From sequence record NZ_LR134454.1: DNA of 64,000 nt; one strand, written 5' to 3'. A program made the position numbers and the translations under genes. Of the stretch, positions 24,579 through 33,852 are shown piece by piece. The DNA comes from a plasmid. Under the pieces are notes generated by a model. The model was not told the origin of the DNA. It ran no database searches and saw nothing but the letters and a program-made list of their open reading frames with translations. The first letter of the stretch is position 1. The number at the start of each line of letters is the position of its first letter.

Positions 24579-25166
24579 ATGTCCTCCATTTTCACCCTTG
24601 CCAAGCGGCTATCGGTAGCGGCGCTGACCAGTATCGCGATCGCTGGTGCTGTCGTCGCGCCCGCGGAAGCCGTGCCGACCACGGCCGGCTGCCGTGCCGT
24701 ACCTCAACCGGCACTGACGCTGGGCGCGGAAGGCATAGTCCGAGTGGAGATTCCTGCCGCAGCTGGGTGGCACGAGGTCGCCGCCCCTCGCGGTGCGTCG
24801 CGCCTCGCGCTGGGGCGCCTCGAGGACGCGTCCGGGCAGGACGCCCTCGACGCGTGGATCGGTGTCCTCAACAGCAACACGATCACCACGTCCGCCCAAT
24901 TTGCTGATGCGGAGACTGCTCACAGGCAGGTGCTCTCCCGGCGATCAGTCGCCGGGCCCTGCGGCCTGCCCACCGAGGCGGTGACCGTGCGTCACGCAGC
25001 CACTGCGACAGAGCGTGAGTACTTCGTCAGCGGCCGCTACACGCTCGCGCAAGCGAACGGGAAGACTTTGGTCATCTACGTCGGCGCGAGCACCTACGAC
25101 CGGAACAGACTGCCGCAGCTGGAAAACGACCTTCTGCGCGGCTACGGCATCCGCCTCCCCGCGTAA
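24579..25166 (+). CDS. Small secreted protein (~195 aa), unknown function
   Basis: Start re-called at MSSIFTLAKRLSVAALTSIAIAGAVVAPAEA (Sec signal peptide). Sits between the WXG100 pair and the toxin gene. Confidence 0.5.
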   Translation: MSSIFTLAKRLSVAALTSIAIAGAVVAPAEAVPTTAGCRAVPQPALTLGAEGIVRVEIPAAAGWHEVAAPRGASRLALGRLEDASGQDALDAWIGVLNSNTITTSAQFADAETAHRQVLSRRSVAGPCGLPTEAVTVRHAATATEREYFVSGRYTLAQANGKTLVIYVGASTYDRNRLPQLENDLLRGYGIRLPA

Positions 25167-25212
25167 CGCCGACCTGCTCACTACACGTTCTCTCTAGAGA
25201 GGCCCCCTCGCG

Positions 25213-28200
25213 ATGAGTCTCGATATCAATCCCGGCGACGGCATCGTCGGGGAGCTGGAGCTACTCGGTGATCTGATCGTCGGTGGGTTCCCGGAGGCCG
25301 TGTTCACGCTGCCGGGGGTGAGCGTCGACGAGGTACTCGATCACGCCCGTCTGTATCTCGGGTTCGCGGAGGCGGCGGAGTCGGCGCATGCTCGGGTTCG
25401 TGGACTCGAGGTGCCCGAGTTCGTGGGTGTGGAGGGCGAGTTCTTCCGCGGCCGAGTCCCCGGCGAGTTGGCGATGCAGCTCGGCGCGGCGGTGGAGTCG
25501 TACTCCCGAGTCGGTTCGGGGATCAAGGAACTCGCCCGCGAACTCGACGCCTCGCAAGCCGCTTTGAAGCCTCTCGAAGCGCGGGCGCGGGCGGTGTTCG
25601 AGCACATGCAGAAGGTGTGGATCAAGGTCAACGTCCCGTTCACTGAGTACAGCGGGTTGCGCAGCGAGTGGGATGAGCTCGTCCGCGCTGCGGGTGTGGT
25701 GCACGAGCGGGTCGCGGTGGCCGGGCAGGAGGCGGCAGCGGCGATCACCGCGGGCACCGAGGCGATGGTGCCGGTCAACGACTACTTCTCCACGCTGCCT
25801 GGCGGAGCGGTGGCGGGTGGTGTTGTGGCGCAGGGTGTGCGGTCGACTGCGTCGCGTGCGGCCTCCGCTGCCGGTGGCGTGGCCGGGGCGCCGGGACGCG
25901 CCGCGAAGGCGACCGCCGACGGGCTGGGTGCCGTAGCTGGCGCGGTCACCTCGGTTCCGCAGCAGATCACCGCGCGCGGGCAGCAACTCGCGCCGCAGGT
26001 GACCCCGGACGGGATCAAGGTCGGCGACCAGCTCCTCACCGATCCGACGAGCGAGCAGGCACAGAAGCTCGTGCGGGACGGGCAGGCTACGAACATCCTC
26101 GGACTCGACCCCACTGGTGTTCCGACGGCGATGATGATGCTCGCCTCCCCGAACACCCTGCTGCGCGAGCAGCCGCGCAAGAAGGCGGCCGGGCGTAGAT
26201 GGTCGGGTGAGGAGTCGAAGGCGCAGTCGATCGCGCAGAATGCGGTCGGTCAGGTGGTCTCGGTTCCGGGACGGTTCGTCGGCGGCGCCGTCGACCGGTT
26301 CGGCAACACCATCGCCGGCAATGCCGCTCTGATCGGTGTCGGTGGTGACCCCGTCCGCGCGTGGACGGGGCTGCTCTCGAATGTCACCAGCCCCGTTGCG
26401 GGTGCTGGTCGCGCTGTAGCGTCTGCGACGCCCGAGCAGATCCTGGCCGACCCGATCGCCGCAGCCGGCTCGGCAGCCACCCACGCGCCCGCCGCGGTGC
26501 CCTTCGTCGGCTGGGTCTACGGGCTGGTGGAGTGGGCGACCAAGCCCGGCGAACTCGCCCACGAAGGCGCGAAGGAATCACTCACCTCCGCCCTCGATGC
26601 ACTCACATTGAAGAACCTCGAAGCAGGCCAGGCAGTCGCCAACACCGGCGAAGTGCAAGTCACCACCTCCGACGTGGACGTCCACGCCGACAACGGCGGA
26701 TACGTCACCTTCACCCTCCCAGACCTCGAAGGCGGAGAACCCAAAGCCTGGTACATCCTCGCCACCCCCGACAGCCCCGGAAACTTCACCACCAACGTCC
26801 CCACCGCCCCGGGTGAGGAGCTCGTCGAACGCGGCGACGGCTCCGTCGTGTTGGTCAACAGCGGAACCGGACAGATCGTCCGCACCATCAAAACGCCGTG
26901 GGCGAAAGACGCACTCGGACGCGATCAACCCACCTGGTACTCCATCGACAAGGTCGACGACCAGACGTCGACGATCACCCAACACATCGCACCGAACAAG
27001 GGAGCGCTGTATCCGCTGGTGGCGGATGCTCCTGGTGATCAGAAGACGACGACGAATCCTGACGGATCGGTCGCAACGTCAACTGAGATTGAGGGTGGCT
27101 CTGTCGATACGACGGTGAAGAACGCTGACGGGACTACTTCGTCGATGCGGAGCGTCCCCGACGGCAACGGTGGGGTGACTACATTCACGGCGAACCCTGA
27201 CGGTAGTCATTCGGTGCATTACCCCGACGGGTCGCGAGTGGAGGAGCCTGCGGCGGGGGCGAGTACACCCGCTCAGAGTTATGCTCCTGATCCGAAGTAT
27301 TCGAATCCGCAGTATCGTCAGGAGCCCGCGCAGCAGGCTCCTGCTCAGCAGGCCCCGGCGCAGCAGCCTGCGGCTCCTTCCGCACCTGCTGTTGCTCCTG
27401 CCGAGTCGTCGGTCGGTGCGGTAGACACGGCAGGACGTGACGACGGTGATTCATGGACCCAAGGCTTGCCGGGTGGCGAGTCCGCGCAGCACACCATCGT
27501 CCCCGGCACGGGCGGTCAGACTGTTGACTCTGTGGTCACCCGCCCTGATGGTTCGTCGACGAAGATCCGTTCGGTCAAAGACGGGCAAGGCGGATGGAAG
27601 ATCTGGTCCGACAACAGTGACGGCACCGCATCGTATGCAGAACGCCAGGGCTCGCTCGGCGACGTTTACACCGCCCGGTACGGCGAGTCCCCGGTGTACG
27701 GCAGCGCACCTATCGTCACCTCCAACGCGGCTCCCGACAACTCCAAAGGGCAGATCGTCGGGCAAAATCCGAACGGAACCACGTCGGTGGGCAACTTCGG
27801 GGTCCGCGACGACGGACGCGTCGGGCTGTCGGTGCGAAACCCCGACAACACTGTCTCCTCCATCGTCACTGGAACAGGTCCCGATGGCCGTCCCCACGAT
27901 GACATCACCACGTTCAACGACGGCAAGACTGAGACCAGTCACGAGGTAAACCCGTTCACAGGTGAGCGGACCGAGACCACCACCGTGCTCGACACGGGCG
28001 TGAAGGTTATCGCCGTTCTGGATCGCGATAACAACCTCATCTCCCGAGTCCAAGGCGTTGGTGGTCAGCTTGAAGGCGTGATGAACACCCCCGACGGGCA
28101 GGTGGAGATTCAGGTCCGCCCCGACGGGGTGTACGGGCGGAGCGCGAACGGGGAGTTCGTCAAGTTCCGTGAAGACGGGGAACTGCCCGATACCCGCTCC

Positions 28201-29988
28201 TTCGGGCAGAAGGCGAACGACCAGGCAGGAAAGTTCGGGTCCGCCGTCGGGGGAAGCGTGTGGGATTCCCTCAAGAGCGTCCCGCAGACCGTTGCCCACC
28301 CGGGCGAGGCAGCTTCCGGGCTCTGGGAGACAGCGAAGGGACTGGTCGGACAGGAAAAGGCCGACCGCACCGTCATCCACAACTGGACCACCTTCCTGAC
28401 GGGGACCAACGCCAATGAGTGGACCGAGGACGGGGTCGCCACCTCCCTCGGACACGCGGTTGTCGGTGTCGGCTCATGGTTCATCCCTGGCCCCGGCTGG
28501 GTCGCCAAGGTCACTCGCGCAGGGCACCTCGGCTCCACAGCAGCCCACGCCCTCGAGCACGTCGACAACGCCCGCTCCACCGCGAGCACCGCAACCCGCG
28601 CCGCCGCCATGGGAGCAGTCAGCCGCGCCCTACCAAACCTCACAGAACGCTTCCAAGGCTTCAACGCAGCCCGCGCCGCCGACATCGGCGTCGACGCTCC
28701 TGAAGCGGCACCCGCCGCAGGAAAACCCACGCCACGCGCCGAAGCTCCCGCACCCTCCGTTGCCGTCCCACGAGCGGAAGCCCCCGCCAGTCCAACGCCC
28801 GCACCTCGCGTCGAGGCACCCGCAACTACCGCCCCCCGAGCCGAGACACCTAACAACACCCCAGGGACACCGCCCCGCGCTGCGGACACACAGAACCCGT
28901 CCGTCGACACACCCCGCATCGACACCCCCGACGCACCCACCACCCCGAAGCCGGACAATCCCGCTTTCACGACCACCCCGGGAGCAGACCGCCGCGCCGC
29001 AGAGGCTGCGGCCCCCGCCGAACGCCCCGACCACCACCCGGCCTCGCCAACCGAGAAGGCCGGCGCTGACGCAGACAAGACAGTGGACACGCCGAAGGTC
29101 GGCGAAGTCGACGCCCCGAGGGCTGGCGATGTGGACACCCCCACCACCTCAGGTGCGGCGCGCGCGGATGCACCGTCCGTTGGCGACGGTGTGCCAGGCA
29201 AGGCAGCAGACCTCGACGGCGGACCGCACCCGCGCGGAGAACTCGACATCGACCTCGACAATTACTTCCACCCAGGCGAAAGTGGCGGCACCAAGTACAC
29301 CGCCGACGACGTACGCACTGCCTTCGACAACGCACCCAACAACAAGGAGGGTGTCCCTGTCGATCACCGCACCGGCGAACCACTGGTCCTCACCGACGCC
29401 GCAGGCAAACGCGGGTGGACCATGCGCCAGGACGCCGACGGAGTATGGCGCGCCGAAAACTACGCGCTGCACCCGGACGGGATGCCTAAGAAGGGCACAC
29501 CCAACAGTTACGGCTACGACGCCAACGGTGACCTCCGCAAATACGCCGAGAACAGACCGAGTCATAAACCCGAAGACATCAAAACCGTGTGGGACACTAC
29601 CCACACGGATATCAACAACCTCATCGAGTCCGGCGTCCTCCGCGACCTGCCCAAAACCGAACGACCCGACCAAACCTGGCTCCGAGCACCCGACGGAACC
29701 AAAACAAACGGCAGCGACATACGCGAAACCCTCAACACCCGCACAGGCGAGACCGAGGTATACAAGCTCGAAACCTGGAAACCCGGCGACAAACAAAACT
29801 GGGACATGGGACACATCAAGGGTGAGGAATACCGCCGAATCCACGATGACTACATGCGCGGAAAGTACAAGTCCGACGAAGACTTCGTTGAAGACTTCCG
29901 TAATTTGGACCTTTATGAGGCGGCGAATGCACCTCGCAACCGCTCCCACGTGGATGAAGACATGACTCCGCTGCCGCCGCGCCCCTGA
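25213..29988 (+). CDS. Polymorphic toxin (1591 aa): N-terminal helical domain, central degenerate repeat region, Pro/Ala-rich linker, C-terminal HNH/GH-E-like nuclease toxin domain
   Basis: Giant ORF with an AGAGAGG RBS. Central repeats of the form NPDGS..T..DG (YD/RHS-like, degenerate). Pro-rich tandem PRAEAPA-like linker at ~aa 1150-1260. C-terminus WDMGHIKGEEYRRIHDDYMRGKYKSDEDFVEDFRNLDLYEAANAPRNRSH matches the G-H-E / N-L / N-x-S-H pattern of GH-E HNH nucleases. GC drops from ~70% to ~55% across the 3' end. Confidence 0.65.
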   Translation: MSLDINPGDGIVGELELLGDLIVGGFPEAVFTLPGVSVDEVLDHARLYLGFAEAAESAHARVRGLEVPEFVGVEGEFFRGRVPGELAMQLGAAVESYSRVGSGIKELARELDASQAALKPLEARARAVFEHMQKVWIKVNVPFTEYSGLRSEWDELVRAAGVVHERVAVAGQEAAAAITAGTEAMVPVNDYFSTLPGGAVAGGVVAQGVRSTASRAASAAGGVAGAPGRAAKATADGLGAVAGAVTSVPQQITARGQQLAPQVTPDGIKVGDQLLTDPTSEQAQKLVRDGQATNILGLDPTGVPTAMMMLASPNTLLREQPRKKAAGRRWSGEESKAQSIAQNAVGQVVSVPGRFVGGAVDRFGNTIAGNAALIGVGGDPVRAWTGLLSNVTSPVAGAGRAVASATPEQILADPIAAAGSAATHAPAAVPFVGWVYGLVEWATKPGELAHEGAKESLTSALDALTLKNLEAGQAVANTGEVQVTTSDVDVHADNGGYVTFTLPDLEGGEPKAWYILATPDSPGNFTTNVPTAPGEELVERGDGSVVLVNSGTGQIVRTIKTPWAKDALGRDQPTWYSIDKVDDQTSTITQHIAPNKGALYPLVADAPGDQKTTTNPDGSVATSTEIEGGSVDTTVKNADGTTSSMRSVPDGNGGVTTFTANPDGSHSVHYPDGSRVEEPAAGASTPAQSYAPDPKYSNPQYRQEPAQQAPAQQAPAQQPAAPSAPAVAPAESSVGAVDTAGRDDGDSWTQGLPGGESAQHTIVPGTGGQTVDSVVTRPDGSSTKIRSVKDGQGGWKIWSDNSDGTASYAERQGSLGDVYTARYGESPVYGSAPIVTSNAAPDNSKGQIVGQNPNGTTSVGNFGVRDDGRVGLSVRNPDNTVSSIVTGTGPDGRPHDDITTFNDGKTETSHEVNPFTGERTETTTVLDTGVKVIAVLDRDNNLISRVQGVGGQLEGVMNTPDGQVEIQVRPDGVYGRSANGEFVKFREDGELPDTRSFGQKANDQAGKFGSAVGGSVWDSLKSVPQTVAHPGEAASGLWETAKGLVGQEKADRTVIHNWTTFLTGTNANEWTEDGVATSLGHAVVGVGSWFIPGPGWVAKVTRAGHLGSTAAHALEHVDNARSTASTATRAAAMGAVSRALPNLTERFQGFNAARAADIGVDAPEAAPAAGKPTPRAEAPAPSVAVPRAEAPASPTPAPRVEAPATTAPRAETPNNTPGTPPRAADTQNPSVDTPRIDTPDAPTTPKPDNPAFTTTPGADRRAAEAAAPAERPDHHPASPTEKAGADADKTVDTPKVGEVDAPRAGDVDTPTTSGAARADAPSVGDGVPGKAADLDGGPHPRGELDIDLDNYFHPGESGGTKYTADDVRTAFDNAPNNKEGVPVDHRTGEPLVLTDAAGKRGWTMRQDADGVWRAENYALHPDGMPKKGTPNSYGYDANGDLRKYAENRPSHKPEDIKTVWDTTHTDINNLIESGVLRDLPKTERPDQTWLRAPDGTKTNGSDIRETLNTRTGETEVYKLETWKPGDKQNWDMGHIKGEEYRRIHDDYMRGKYKSDEDFVEDFRNLDLYEAANAPRNRSHVDEDMTPLPPRP

Positions 29989-30010
29989 ACCGCCTGTTAG
30001 GATCACCCAC

Positions 30011-30553
30011 ATGGACGACCACTGGTACTCCTCCGCCTACCCCGCCGCCAGTATGGGCACTTACGACAACTTCATCGCAGTCTACGAGGGCAGTGAAGAC
30101 GAAGCGTCAATCCAGAATCACACGGAACCCAAAGATAACACCCTACTCTGGAAAGCTGCGCACAATAGGAATGTTGACGCACGGCTAGCTATCTGCAATA
30201 GGCTCATCGATGACGGTATCGATGTGGCATATGAGGACAACAAGACGAACGTCTTACACTTGTACTTCAGTAACCGCACCTTCGAGCCCGAGAAGGAGGC
30301 GCCTCTTCTGCGTAGGTTACTGGAAGGTGGGGCGGATCTGAACCTCCAGCCCAGTAAAGGCTACTCCCCCCTAATGACCTTCATGACTAACCCGCGCCTG
30401 TTACCCGATGAAGTGAAGGTTCCGTTTTTTAATGTGCTTTTGGAGTTTCCTGAGTTTGTGTATCGGGAGCCTGACGGTTCGTTGCGGTGGCCGATGATCC
30501 CGTCGCTGACAGCGTGTATTGAGGCGCATGAGGCGAAGGCGGGTGGGCGGTGA
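30011..30553 (+). CDS. Ankyrin-repeat protein; candidate immunity protein for the upstream toxin
   Basis: 180 aa, ~50% GC. Ankyrin-like repeats (LLWKAAHNRNVDARLAICNRLIDDGIDV...; LLRRLLEGGADLNLQPSKGYSPLM). Sits 22 bp after the toxin stop. Confidence 0.55.
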   Translation: MDDHWYSSAYPAASMGTYDNFIAVYEGSEDEASIQNHTEPKDNTLLWKAAHNRNVDARLAICNRLIDDGIDVAYEDNKTNVLHLYFSNRTFEPEKEAPLLRRLLEGGADLNLQPSKGYSPLMTFMTNPRLLPDEVKVPFFNVLLEFPEFVYREPDGSLRWPMIPSLTACIEAHEAKAGGR

Positions 30554-31371
30554 CGGTGGTGCCGGGTCATCTGACGCGGGTGTACGGGGCTTCGGTTGCT
30601 CGGTTTGAGCCGCTGTTCGAAGGCGCGGTGGAGGTCGAGGTCCGCGCTCACGACGGCATGCAAAGGCGGCGGACAGTAACCACCGACGGGTTGTCGGTGA
30701 TCGTCGACGGTGTACCTGTGGAGTTAGCAGTTGAGGTCTCCGCTAAGGATCAGGTCGGCACGGCTGCGGTAGCGATCAGCACCGTCGCCCGAGACATTGT
30801 TGATAATCGGCGGCGTCCACCCCTCGAAGTGGTGTCACGGCTCCCCCGCCCGCTGGTGGAGGGAACACGACTGCGGGCGATCATCGCGTCGGGATCGCGG
30901 TTCGGAGCGGACGCTGATGTGATTGTTGAGAGCGCGGGTGATCGGGTCGTCCAGGTGGTGACGTTGCGGTTGCTGACATGGGCAGAAGCGAACGTGGTCG
31001 ATGATCGTGGCTGGAACGCCTTCCTCACCACGGTCGGCAGTCCCGATGAGGTGCTCGACACACAGCGCGTCACCGACGCTGCACGCCCCACTGTCGCTGA
31101 ATTGGGAAACCTGCCGATACTGGTCTCGAAGCAGCACTACGACCACCCGCCCCGGTTCGTCGGGTTGATGGATGTCGACGGCAGACTCACCTTCACCTCT
31201 ACCACCGGACGTGAAAGCCCGGAATACATGGCAGACCCATCCAACCGCGAAATATGGGGCATCAACAGCTACCTCCAAGACTTCCCGTGGGTCGAATCCT
31301 TCATCACCACCGCCGCCCCCGGCGACGATGCCGTATTCACCGATCAGTCAGGTGACTTCGCTTGGGAGTAG
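30550..31371 (+). CDS. Hypothetical protein (273 aa), translationally coupled to the ankyrin gene
   Basis: GTGA start/stop overlap with the ankyrin ORF. No recognisable domain. Intermediate GC. Confidence 0.4.
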   Translation: MTVVPGHLTRVYGASVARFEPLFEGAVEVEVRAHDGMQRRRTVTTDGLSVIVDGVPVELAVEVSAKDQVGTAAVAISTVARDIVDNRRRPPLEVVSRLPRPLVEGTRLRAIIASGSRFGADADVIVESAGDRVVQVVTLRLLTWAEANVVDDRGWNAFLTTVGSPDEVLDTQRVTDAARPTVAELGNLPILVSKQHYDHPPRFVGLMDVDGRLTFTSTTGRESPEYMADPSNREIWGINSYLQDFPWVESFITTAAPGDDAVFTDQSGDFAWE

Positions 31372-31669
31372 AAACCCTCCCGCCGTTCAGTCGTCACCAG
31401 TAGTTGCTTCATGAGCGGCGCACCGCCACCGCGTACCCTCACCATCGGTACGGATGCATGCTGGCGACGTACAGGTCGGTGACCACATTTCTACCGCGAC
31501 GACGACGGCGACTTACCGTTCGCGGCGCAGGCTGGAGATGTGCCCTTTCAGTCAGACGCAGCAACTCCGACAAACCTGGGACGCTCCGGAGTGCCGTCGA
31601 ATGAATCTCCCCCGGGAGTGGTGGAAGGTCTGAAATCTGAATTGCCCCGGAAGCAGGAGTAGCCACCCC

Positions 31670-32407
31670 ATGAGAAAGTCCCGCCCAATCCACGAACCTC
31701 CCGAGCCGGTTCCCGTGGACCCACGGCCAAGTCGCCTCGAAACCGACCTCGCCACCCTCGAGATCGGCCACGGCTTCACCCTCGGCAACCCCGCCTACCC
31801 CCCGCACGGCAATTCCGAAGGCGACCGAGTCGTCTACCTCACCCGCCCTAGTACCGTCCCCGGATGCGACGACGTCATCGAATACACCATCCATGGCCGA
31901 GGACGTTCCGGAGTCATCGACGGCGCAGCGTACATCGCCCACCCTGCCATGCGCGAAATCGCCCAGCGCGACCCCCAACAATACGGATTCACCCCCGGAA
32001 CCTGGCTCAGCAACTCATTTCACCGAAATATGCTGCACATCGAATGGGCAGGCGCACCAGCATCTGTAAAGTTCCGTGCCAACGCCACCGAGGAGAGCGT
32101 CCACTGGGGTTACAGTGTTGCGCTCGACTACGCTACTTCTTACTACCCCCGACGCTCGGACGAAGAATTCTTCCCTCTTTATCGCACTTTCGAATCGATC
32201 GAGCGTGGGGCGTATGCCATCCTAGAGCGAGGAAAGAGGATTGCCAAACCGCGGTTTTCTCGCGAGCAGGCATTTGTTATCTACGCGATGTTTGTTGGTG
32301 AGCATGAGAGCGCACACCGCATGTACACCACACTGCAGCGATTCGAAGCACCCGAAGCAACCAGCTTCTCGAACGCCATCGAAGTGATCTTTGGGCGATT
32401 GCCGTAA
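31670..32407 (+). CDS. Hypothetical protein (245 aa) in the low-GC island
   Basis: ORF with GGAGTAG upstream. 3' half falls to <50% GC. No family recognised; may be an orphan toxin/immunity module. Confidence 0.35.
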   Translation: MRKSRPIHEPPEPVPVDPRPSRLETDLATLEIGHGFTLGNPAYPPHGNSEGDRVVYLTRPSTVPGCDDVIEYTIHGRGRSGVIDGAAYIAHPAMREIAQRDPQQYGFTPGTWLSNSFHRNMLHIEWAGAPASVKFRANATEESVHWGYSVALDYATSYYPRRSDEEFFPLYRTFESIERGAYAILERGKRIAKPRFSREQAFVIYAMFVGEHESAHRMYTTLQRFEAPEATSFSNAIEVIFGRLP

Positions 32408-32528
32408 GCAGTTCGGCTTCAAGGGCTCGACGCAAGAGATGTGTTGCTAGCTCTTCGGGATGGATGCTGACTGCGGCTCAAAAGATAAAACGATACAACG
32501 ACAAACTCAATGGGGAGTGGAAACAATA

Positions 32529-33011
32529 ATGAGAACGGTGCTTCGATATTCGCTGCGGATCGCGATTGCCGCGTGTGTGGTCGCACCCGTGGCAGGGTGC
32601 GGTCTCGAGCATGCTGGAAATGCACCTACGACGTACGTTCGTCCCGGGCACACGCTGCCGGCATCGACCACGTCAGTGAGTTCGCCGACTGCCGTAAGCT
32701 CGTCCGTTCCGGAACCGACGACCGTCCCTACGATCGCAGATACCTGCTCCGGGAGCTACTGGTACGGCGACGCGGTCAACACGCACGTATGGATCGGACG
32801 GCGCGTCGCGCAGGACGCCAGGATTGTCGTGACGACCACCGACGGGAAGGTCAGTTCATGGACGAACACCGTCACGTCCGACGACGGGTACGCCCGTAAG
32901 GGCTGGTACAGCGAGTCCACGACGCCGTTGCTCGGCACTCCGGTGGCGACGGTCAAACGTGTCGACCTCCAGATCGACGGTCGAACCTGCCCGATCCGAA
33001 AGACGGGATAG
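32529..33011 (+). CDS. Small lipoprotein (160 aa)
   Basis: MRTVLRYSLRIAIAACVVAPVAGCG: signal peptide with lipobox. AT-rich upstream region and GGGGAG RBS. Confidence 0.5.
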   Translation: MRTVLRYSLRIAIAACVVAPVAGCGLEHAGNAPTTYVRPGHTLPASTTSVSSPTAVSSSVPEPTTVPTIADTCSGSYWYGDAVNTHVWIGRRVAQDARIVVTTTDGKVSSWTNTVTSDDGYARKGWYSESTTPLLGTPVATVKRVDLQIDGRTCPIRKTG

Positions 33012-33060
33012 TCAGACCGGCCGGTGAGTCGCCGACCTATCGCGAAGCGGCAGCGGTGGA

Positions 33061-33766
33061 CTAGGAGCTGACGCCGAGGCGGTTGAGGAGGTCGGCGTCG
33101 ATGCCGTCGAGCTCGCGGGCGATGGCCTGGTGCGCCGGGCGGCGGCGCGCGGGCGGCATCGACTCGGACGCGGTGATGGCGGTGCCCAGGTCGTCGAGGC
33201 GCTGCGCCACGGCGGCGGTGAAGGACTTGGTCTCCGCATCGGGGTGCGTGGCCGCCAGCTGGTCCAGCGAGCGACGGGCCGCCGCGACGCGGGCCGAGAG
33301 GCCGCCGCCGTAGCCGGCGAACGCCGCGACCTCGTCGACGGGCACGCCGAGGCGCGAGGCCTTGGCCGCATCGAGCTGGTTCCGGCCGGCCTGCGCCGCC
33401 CGGTAGGCGATCGGCACCACGACAGGCGCCAGCAGGCGCGCGGTCGAGATGTAGCGCTTGAGCCGCGCCTCGGAGAGGAGCTTGCCGTCGACGGCCGCGC
33501 GGGCCTGGGTCTCGGCGATCTTCAGGTTCGCCGCATCGGCCTTGCCCTGCGCCTTCGCCACGATCTTCGAGCGCTGCAGGTCGGCCTTCAGCGCCTTGCG
33601 CTCGCTCTTCGACGCGTTCTTCACGACGCGCTTGGCGTCACGGTCCGCGTTCTTGGCGGCGAGCTTCGCCTCGAGGCGCCCCTTGGACTTGAGCGCCTTG
33701 GCCTGCGCGCGGCGCTCCGCGCGGGAGGACTTCGTCTTCTTGCCGAACAAACCCATCAGTGCACGT
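33061..33766 (-). CDS. Lys/Ala/Arg-rich conserved hypothetical protein (235 aa)
   Basis: Real start MGLFGKKTKSSRAERRAQAKALKSKG... The upstream ~820 codons of the 1058-aa track ORF are antisense to the RecB-like gene and rejected. Confidence 0.5.
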
Positions 33767-33852
33767 CCTTGTAGGTCAGTACTGCCGTCCGGTACAGCAT
33801 TGCACAGCGCGGCTCCGCGGGTTGTCGGTGCCGCCCGCCATACTGCTAAGCA

